In this document: positions 34,801 through 39,976 of the stretch, piece after piece
How positions within the stretch are numbered: the stretch's first letter is position 1
How the letters are laid out: each line of letters begins with the position of its first letter
DNA from: a virus
Lineage: Duplodnaviria; Caudoviricetes
Virus record (IMG/VR): IMGVR_UViG_3300025621_000020
Coordinates: 1 to 39,976 of that record
Strand: one strand, 5' to 3'
Length of the DNA: 39,976 nt
Translations under genes and position numbers: made by a program
Notes under the pieces: generated by a model
Told to the model about the DNA's origin: nothing
The model's input: only the letters and a program-made list of their open reading frames with translations
Databases searched by the model: none

Positions 34801-35630
34801 ACGGTGCATCGACGATGGCGGGTCACCGTAACCATGTGCATGTGGCGATGTCGCAGCCACCTGGTGAGCCGTCGTCTGATCCGGGTAGCTACGACGTCGG
34901 GGCGCAGGCTTTGACGGTCACTGATTACGGGCACCCGGATAGCAGTTCGGCGGGCATGTCGTCAGGCAGTCGGACCAAAACCCTGCCGACGTCGTCGGGT
35001 CCGGTAGATGTGCGGGTCATCAACTTCTCCGACATCGGTGGCGCAGCCCCAGACGGTCGCACCCCGAAAGCGGTCGGGAGCTTGAAGGTGTTCGCGAATG
35101 GAGGCATCGAATCGCAGAACCCGCAGATCGCAGACACCAGCGCAGGTATCCGCATGTGGGCGGAACCGCAAGCAGGACCGTGGGAAGCGTACATACCCGG
35201 CGACCCCGCGAAACGTGCACGAGCCGTGGACATTTGGCGGGAGACCGGGAAACGGTTGAATGTCACGGAGTTCGCTGACGGTGGGTTCGGTGGCTACAAC
35301 GAACCGAAGTCCCGCGACTACATGCGCCCCACCAACCTCTACGAAGCCGCCTCCCTCGCAGCCGGTTTGGGTTTCACTGCGGCGTCGGGTGTCGGCGGGT
35401 TCCTGTCGATGGCCCAGTCCGGTCAAGTCGACCTGTCGCAGTTGATGCCGCAGTTCGACACCGGCTCGAATGACATCCCCGGCCTGCCCGAGGCGTTCAC
35501 GCAGCTCGTGGCACCGCTCGAAGAAATCCTCGCGACACTCAAGAAGGGCGGACTCGTGACTGCGGACGTGAACGTCGACACCAGCAACGGCAGTGTCGCC
35601 CTCGATCTGTTGTCGACGGGCATCGCATGA
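31896..35630 (+). CDS. Tape measure protein with C-terminal peptidase-like domain
   Basis: 1244 aa Ala/Gly-rich; MALDLGEL start; ADAIREF-type TMP core; TSGYR..DPGHHGSGQAADF...HRNHVHV. Confidence 0.93.
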   Translation: MALDLGELSVRLTAEDQLTNALNGAQQSARRTEQVTSQAATGITSATARMAQGYQQLQREAQTYATASERANSRAETAIEQARQAQERLDAAQRDSRTSASQLEAAQRDVATATAQAERETRNAEQATDRMEAAHRRAARAAEQGGRDAVDALERTQRELRATAQQAERSGEEAGSGFADRFTSGIEGMGGAAEGAGGSAGGSFIAGFAPRIASLGAKGGPIGAALAGVAVLGLAAGAILANAIADGMEQEANQDLIQAKLGINEETARRIGEAAGLAYTNGWGESVVGNMDTAKRAIQSGVLTGEEDTGAFKSTIENLDIISQKLDGDVSTSVQAVGALMTSGLAKDAQQAFDLIARASDGTANKGEDLLEVVREYSAGWKQTGFSAEYTMALIGQATDNGADSADRAGDAIREFGRRIYEEGDTIKETLDGLNLDSENLFEAFKRGGPDAEAAFDQVFDAIRKIEDPIERANAAQALLGDTAGDFIGAFTQWDPSSAVKKFGDVEGAAADAGNTMAGNTAASFTSASRSIETSADDIKLALAQAFGPALTDVANWVTTHKPEIIAFFTGLAEAGLNTGIAMAQFAADTLRVLANLTEGTAKALGGMVGAMGNLVSVSSSVARALGMDGVADKLEGASDAMIGFQDGLESGADSMRGMADNIDGAIPSLENLRDGVVEAGDRAETSARLMQALGTAVVEDIPDEKSIVIDSNTPEQQAALEALGLKVERLPDGTFKVTSNTDEGQAAIDAFIGNNTGKSVDMFVDLRQRQIGYWQSQGVSEADAPLMQGPTPVLNAAGGAPAAPGTLGGGGGGFADGKLPSEALIKSAGGKGLVQWAEDGAGPWEAFIPGAESKRPRAVGILRDVADRFGYGLVQMADGGIVSGLSNLASENFPALTMTSGYRAGDPGHHGSGQAADFSNGSDNTPEQLAFANFMVDNYKPKLLELIYSAPGFDKNVKNGSIVDGSFYGASTMAGHRNHVHVAMSQPPGEPSSDPGSYDVGAQALTVTDYGHPDSSSAGMSSGSRTKTLPTSSGPVDVRVINFSDIGGAAPDGRTPKAVGSLKVFANGGIESQNPQIADTSAGIRMWAEPQAGPWEAYIPGDPAKRARAVDIWRETGKRLNVTEFADGGFGGYNEPKSRDYMRPTNLYEAASLAAGLGFTAASGVGGFLSMAQSGQVDLSQLMPQFDTGSNDIPGLPEAFTQLVAPLEEILATLKKGGLVTADVNVDTSNGSVALDLLSTGIA

Positions 35631-36499
35631 TCCGACCCGTGTCGTTCTCACTGACAGGGGTCGACGGTTCGCTGTGGCCGTTCGTCGGCCTGGATGAATG
35701 CTCCCTCGCAACACCACTCCGGTTGGGTAAGACTCCGGGTGGTCTCGGTGGTGCACCAGGCAAGCACGACGACGATCAGAACGTCGATCAGGCAGGTGTG
35801 ACGTGGCGGGCGAAGATGTTCGGCCCCAACGTCATCACACTCCGCAGCGTCCGGTTCGGGCCTGTCCCACGCGGACAGGATGCCTTGGACCGGTGGTTGC
35901 AGTTCTGTGACGCATTCGGCGACGGACGACAGCTCGGAGAGTTCCACGCCCAATCGGTGCGGAACGGCTCCGAGCGTGATCGCTTCCAGTACTGGCGACT
36001 CCTGTCCGAGCTACCGGACCCGGACTACATGCAGGTCGTCAACACGGGGTTCGTCAACGTCGGTGATGTTGCGGTTCGGTCGGATGAGTCGTGGTGGAGG
36101 GAACACCCTGTCGACGTCTCCTATACGCCAGCGGAGTTCGCGGGCGCTACCGTTGCGAACCTCTGCGATGACGACGTGTGGGCGTACTGGGAGATCATCG
36201 GCCCCATCACCAACCCCACCATCGGCTTGGCAGGGGAGTCCATCACCATTCTCGTGACGGTTCCGGCTGGGCAGTCGTGGAAGATCAACACGGACCCGAA
36301 CAACTTCTCGGTACGTGACGGCGCGGACGTGGATCGGTCGTGGCTGCGGCACTATTGGCGGAAGAAAGCACCACGCCGCACAGCCACGGTCCTTAACAAC
36401 GGGACAACTGACATCCCACTCGCGCTCGGAGGTACCGGCACCAACGACAACACTCGCATCCGCCTCGTGCTCCCACAGGTCTACCGGAGCGCCCTGTGA
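35627..36499 (+). CDS. Distal tail (Dit-like) minor tail protein
   Basis: First gene after TMP; LTGVDGS.W and GPITNP motifs. Confidence 0.8.
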   Translation: MIRPVSFSLTGVDGSLWPFVGLDECSLATPLRLGKTPGGLGGAPGKHDDDQNVDQAGVTWRAKMFGPNVITLRSVRFGPVPRGQDALDRWLQFCDAFGDGRQLGEFHAQSVRNGSERDRFQYWRLLSELPDPDYMQVVNTGFVNVGDVAVRSDESWWREHPVDVSYTPAEFAGATVANLCDDDVWAYWEIIGPITNPTIGLAGESITILVTVPAGQSWKINTDPNNFSVRDGADVDRSWLRHYWRKKAPRRTATVLNNGTTDIPLALGGTGTNDNTRIRLVLPQVYRSAL

Positions 36500-38061
36500 T
36501 CGGCGCACCCGGATACGCCAACCCCAACACCCTCCCCGCGGGCGCACGTGACTGGCAGCTCGGGCAACGCTCCTCCAACGGCAAGACCATCGACTGGACC
36601 CCGTTGGGTGGCTACCTGTCGTCGACGTGCGAGTTCGACTGGTATCAGCCCGCGAACTTCTCCATCGACCTCAAGCCGGATCATCGCCTGTTGCCGTACA
36701 TCAAGACGCGGAACGGGCGGCCGAAGCGGGCACTGTTCCTGCGAACGGAAGAGAACGGGATCAGCCAGACGTACCGGCTGATGAAGCGTCAACAGAAGGG
36801 CGTCCCCGGTCGCGAGGTTGTCACTCTCTCGGGGTTCGATCACCGCTTCTACCTGCAACGCGGCCTCGACTGGGTCAACAACCTGTTCCCCCCAGAGGTC
36901 CAGATCGCGTTGACCGGTAAGCAGCACATCACCATCGGCGAACCCGACGTCGCACTGAAACTCATCGGTGCCGGTGTGTGGACCAGATTGAACAAGCCGA
37001 TCTACGCGAGCCTGCCGCTGCATCAGGTGACAACGGACCTACCCGACCTCGACGACATCGACACCCTCGACGACCTCATCAGCATCGCTGACGGCTGGCT
37101 CGCAAACGTCGCCATGATCTCCACCCGCTTCACCCGACTTGACGAGGCATTCGCCAACACAAGGAACCGGCTGGACTTCGGCTACAAGATGGATGTGTGG
37201 GATGGGACCGGGACACCACCGACCGTCTTCAACACATCCTCGCTGTCGCAGTTGCAGAGCGTTATCGACGCCACCTCGGACAACTTCCTGAACTTCCTCA
37301 ACCCCAACAACTACCTCGGACTGTTGGACCCGTCGTCGTGGAACAAGATGCCGCGCGCCGGCTACGTCTTCGACACGGTCGCGAAACGGGACATGCGGCA
37401 TCAGCAGTGGCGCACCGACGGCGGCCAGATCAAGCACATGGACTTGGTGGTCGACGAACCGGACGGTGACAGGGTCGTGGTCGGCGGTAAGGCCCCAGAG
37501 ATCCTGAACCAGGTGATTGAGTGGGGTGCGAACTTCGCAATCCAACTGTTGATCAACGCCGCCGCACCAGGGTTGGGTCTGGGGTTCGTCGTCGGTGATC
37601 TGTTCGACAACATCTTCTTCGCCTATCAGCAGTTCTACGACGACGACCTCGCTGATGAGGTCGGCCAAGACGACTCGTGGGGTGAACTGTGGGGTGACAA
37701 CACCAACGCCTACTCCCTGGATTCGAACAGCGTGGGGCAGGAGGCTTTGGAGAAGCACCGCGGCGGCGAAACACTCGAATTCGAAGTCGACTCCGGTAAC
37801 CCCACCGGCCTGCAATTCGGTGCCGACGATGGTTCGGGGCGACGGTACAACCTCGGGGACGTGCAGACATTCTACGACCAGGGGACGACGACGGAACAGT
37901 ACGTCTCCCATGTCATCTGCTCGGATGATTTGAAGTCGGGTCGTCGGACGCAGTCGCCGTCGTTTGGGAAGAACCCGCTCAAGAAGGTCGGTGTCACCGG
38001 TCTGATCTCGAATCTTCAAGGGCTTGCAGCGTATTCACGCGGCAACTCCAACAGCGTCTAG
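36496..38061 (+). CDS. Minor tail protein (baseplate hub, Gp37-like)
   Basis: P...PPEVQ, VVVGGKAPEILNQ.I, DNIFFAYQ, YNLGD motifs typical of the second post-TMP gene in actinophages. Confidence 0.85.
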   Translation: MIGAPGYANPNTLPAGARDWQLGQRSSNGKTIDWTPLGGYLSSTCEFDWYQPANFSIDLKPDHRLLPYIKTRNGRPKRALFLRTEENGISQTYRLMKRQQKGVPGREVVTLSGFDHRFYLQRGLDWVNNLFPPEVQIALTGKQHITIGEPDVALKLIGAGVWTRLNKPIYASLPLHQVTTDLPDLDDIDTLDDLISIADGWLANVAMISTRFTRLDEAFANTRNRLDFGYKMDVWDGTGTPPTVFNTSSLSQLQSVIDATSDNFLNFLNPNNYLGLLDPSSWNKMPRAGYVFDTVAKRDMRHQQWRTDGGQIKHMDLVVDEPDGDRVVVGGKAPEILNQVIEWGANFAIQLLINAAAPGLGLGFVVGDLFDNIFFAYQQFYDDDLADEVGQDDSWGELWGDNTNAYSLDSNSVGQEALEKHRGGETLEFEVDSGNPTGLQFGADDGSGRRYNLGDVQTFYDQGTTTEQYVSHVICSDDLKSGRRTQSPSFGKNPLKKVGVTGLISNLQGLAAYSRGNSNSV

Positions 38062-38070
38062 GAGGCAACC

Positions 38071-38790
38071 ATGTCATTCCGCACTGCCTACGGTCACGCG
38101 CACTCGGAGAACGGGTGGCGGATGTGCAACCGCGACGAATGCGTCACGGTCCCCGGCCCCTACATGAACACCGCACCACTACGTCGTGGAGCACCCGAGG
38201 TGATCCTCGGTGCGTGGGCGCGCTGGTACCACCAGAACGTCAAGGCCATCACGTCACCGGTATGGGGGTGGTCGAACACCAACGACGTCGCCAACTCGAA
38301 CCACCTGTCGGGTACCGCGTTGGACATCGACGCCCCGTCGCTGCCGTGGGGTCGCAGGGTGATGCCGCGTGACCGGATCGCGAAGGTACGCCACGGGCTC
38401 ACCCTGTTCCCGGAAGTGTTCTGGGGTGCGGACTGGGGTCGCGCGGATGAGATGCACTTCCAGATGAAGTATCGCGAGGGTGATCCTCGGAACGACGCCG
38501 GTGTGCGGCGCATCCTCGGCGGCGGGCCTGCACCATCTCCCGCGCCCGCGCCCGCACCTGCTCCTGCCCCGTCGTCAGGGCGTCCGATGATTCGCCTCGG
38601 TGCCACCGGTGCTGCGGTGCGTGACCTCCAAGCCCGCCTGAACCGCGACTACCCCGCGTACTCGCGGCTGGTTGTCGATGGTGATTTCGGTCCTGCGACG
38701 GATCGTGTGGTGCGGGAGTTCCAGCGCCGCGCTGGTCTCGGCGTGGATGGGATCGTCGGACCTGCGACGTGGGGACGGTTGGGATTGTGA
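38071..38790 (+). CDS. lysA: Endolysin (Lysin A): M15-type Zn peptidase, Pro/Ala linker, peptidoglycan-binding domain
   Basis: SENGW, SNHLSGTALD, WGADW.RADEMHFQ; LVVDGDFGPAT...VREFQ...GL.VDGIVGPATW. Confidence 0.93.
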   Translation: MSFRTAYGHAHSENGWRMCNRDECVTVPGPYMNTAPLRRGAPEVILGAWARWYHQNVKAITSPVWGWSNTNDVANSNHLSGTALDIDAPSLPWGRRVMPRDRIAKVRHGLTLFPEVFWGADWGRADEMHFQMKYREGDPRNDAGVRRILGGGPAPSPAPAPAPAPAPSSGRPMIRLGATGAAVRDLQARLNRDYPAYSRLVVDGDFGPATDRVVREFQRRAGLGVDGIVGPATWGRLGL

Positions 38791-38909
38791 ACTACCGCTG
38801 GCCGTTCCTCGCCGCCGCACTGATCGTCTCCACCGGTGCCGCATTCATCGCCTACGTCCTGGCCGTCGACATCCAATCCGACGCCGACCTCTACGACGAA
38901 AAGAGCTGA
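38787..38909 (+). CDS. Small single-TM protein (40 aa) in the lysis cassette
   Basis: GTGA overlap with the lysin stop; WPFLAAALIVSTGAAFIAYVLAV. Confidence 0.55.
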   Translation: MNYRWPFLAAALIVSTGAAFIAYVLAVDIQSDADLYDEKS

Positions 38910-38911
38910 CC

Positions 38912-39164
38912 ATGGCTACCTCCAACAACATTGTCGACATGGTGTCTCGGGTTGTCATCGAACACTTCGAAGGCGCGGTGAAGCAGCTCAACGCTGAGGC
39001 CGCTGCGATCCGTGAACGTGCTGACACCGCAATCGCTGAGACCGTGACGCGGATCGAGGAGGAAGGCCGCGCGCGAGTCGACAGCGTAATCGGGAACCTG
39101 CCATCGGCACCGATTTACCGAAGAGATGGTCAAGAAGGTTCTCGACAAGCTGGAGGGCAAATGA
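38912..39164 (+). CDS. Helical hypothetical protein with apparent frameshift near 39105-39115 (reads into the holin frame as given)
   Basis: The +1 frame encodes FTEEMVKKVLDKLEGK-stop with GC3-rich codons, ending in an ATGA overlap with the holin start. Confidence 0.55.
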
Positions 39165-39550
39165 TGTCGAAGCTCGCGCAGAACTACCCGCAACTCCGTA
39201 TCGCGATCTACGGCCTCGTCGCCGCCGCGCTATTGGCGGCAGGCATCTTCGGCTACGTCACCGAAGACCAGGCTGCCCGGATCTTGTCCCTCACCACCTC
39301 GGTCCTGGGCACTCTCGGCCTGGTCCTTGCCTCGATGAACGTCAAGAATCCAGGGCCCGTCGTCACACTGGAGCCGTCCGAGTACGAGGTGCATTCTCCG
39401 CTCGACCCTGCGGACATTGCCCGGCAGGTCGCCGCACAGCTCAACTACGGAGTCGCGCAGGGCCGCGCTGCCCTCGACACCGCCAATGCCTCGGTCGCTG
39501 ACATCCGGCGGCAGGCGGAGCAGATGTACGGAGAGTTCAGGGGGCAGTGA
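39161..39550 (+). CDS. Holin
   Basis: GGAGGG RBS then ATG-ATG; LRIAIYGLVAAALLAAGIFGYVTEDQ plus a second TM, typical of actinophage holins. Confidence 0.8.
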   Translation: MMSKLAQNYPQLRIAIYGLVAAALLAAGIFGYVTEDQAARILSLTTSVLGTLGLVLASMNVKNPGPVVTLEPSEYEVHSPLDPADIARQVAAQLNYGVAQGRAALDTANASVADIRRQAEQMYGEFRGQ

Positions 39551-39976
39551 CCGTGCAGTGGGCGGACGCCAAACGGCGGCTTCTCGACCGCCGCCTCATG
39601 GTGATCCTCCGGCCCCTGTCCATCCGCCTCATCCAGAAACTGCTACTGCTGCAAGTCTGTTTCCGCGGCCTGGATTACATCCAGCTCACTGACGGCAACC
39701 CGCCGATCTCAAGCCTCCTCATCGTCGAACAAGCGTTGCCGCTTGATGTGTGGGGCTGGGGTTTCGTCGGCTGGGGATTGCTTGCGTACCTCGGGATGTG
39801 GTGGAAGACATCACCCCTCGCAGCGATCGGGCACATGGCAATCGCTTCCATCTACGGGGTGTTCGCTGCGGGCGCGCTGGTGGAGATCATCGTCCGCGAC
39901 GGCGAGTTCTTCGGCTGGCGCACTGGCACTTCATGGGTGACGGCATCCGTATGGGTGACGGCATCCGTGATTCACA
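39547..39976 (+). CDS. 5' part of the multi-pass membrane protein (continues at 1-220)
   Basis: GTGA overlap with the holin stop; RGLDY, LLIVEQALPLDVWGWGFVGWGLLAYLG. Confidence 0.75.
   Translation, partial: MTVQWADAKRRLLDRRLMVILRPLSIRLIQKLLLLQVCFRGLDYIQLTDGNPPISSLLIVEQALPLDVWGWGFVGWGLLAYLGMWWKTSPLAAIGHMAIASIYGVFAAGALVEIIVRDGEFFGWRTGTSWVTASVWVTASVIH
39792..39976. repeat. Terminal overlap, right copy
   Basis: Repeats 1-167 with one mismatch and an 18-bp tandem duplication (39951-39968). Confidence 0.95.

Overview
The window is an essentially complete, circularly permuted genome (about 39.8 kb) of a temperate siphovirus. The host is probably a mycolic-acid actinobacterium (Rhodococcus/Gordonia-like; inferred from WhiB, a LysB-like cutinase, DUF3263 and an actinobacterial tmRNA 3' end). 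Bases 39792-39976 repeat bases 1-167, so the contig closes into a circle. Gene order: distal lysis and minor tail genes (1-5.7 kb); a small accessory HTH module (5.8-7.0 kb); attP region and tyrosine integrase (7.1-8.8 kb); a leftward immunity operon of repressor, ImmA/IrrE protease, DUF3263, lipoprotein and Int (to 10.6 kb); Cro and early/replication genes including YqaJ exonuclease, excisionase-like HTH, WhiB, a wHTH initiator with iteron origin, RusA and a LysB-like hydrolase (10.8-19.4 kb); then the late operon of TerS, HNH, TerL, portal, MuF-protease fusion, scaffold, capsid, head-tail genes, major tail, frameshifted tail chaperone plus a second chaperone paralog, tape measure, Dit, minor tail, endolysin and holin. 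The most unusual observations are: (i) a perfect 4 x 29-bp repeat that forms a chain of three identical ATGA-coupled 10-aa minigenes in front of the lipoprotein-integrase genes; (ii) two different att-type cores (tRNA-Ala 3' end and tmRNA 3' end) about 190 bp apart; (iii) a MuF head protein carrying a lethal-factor-like Zn protease followed by a candidate immunity gene; (iv) a duplicated tail assembly chaperone; (v) a cryptic frameshift fusing a helical protein to the holin; (vi) repeated GC(G)AU-loop mini-hairpins in the scaffold leader. All family assignments come from motif recognition and synteny; no database searches were run.
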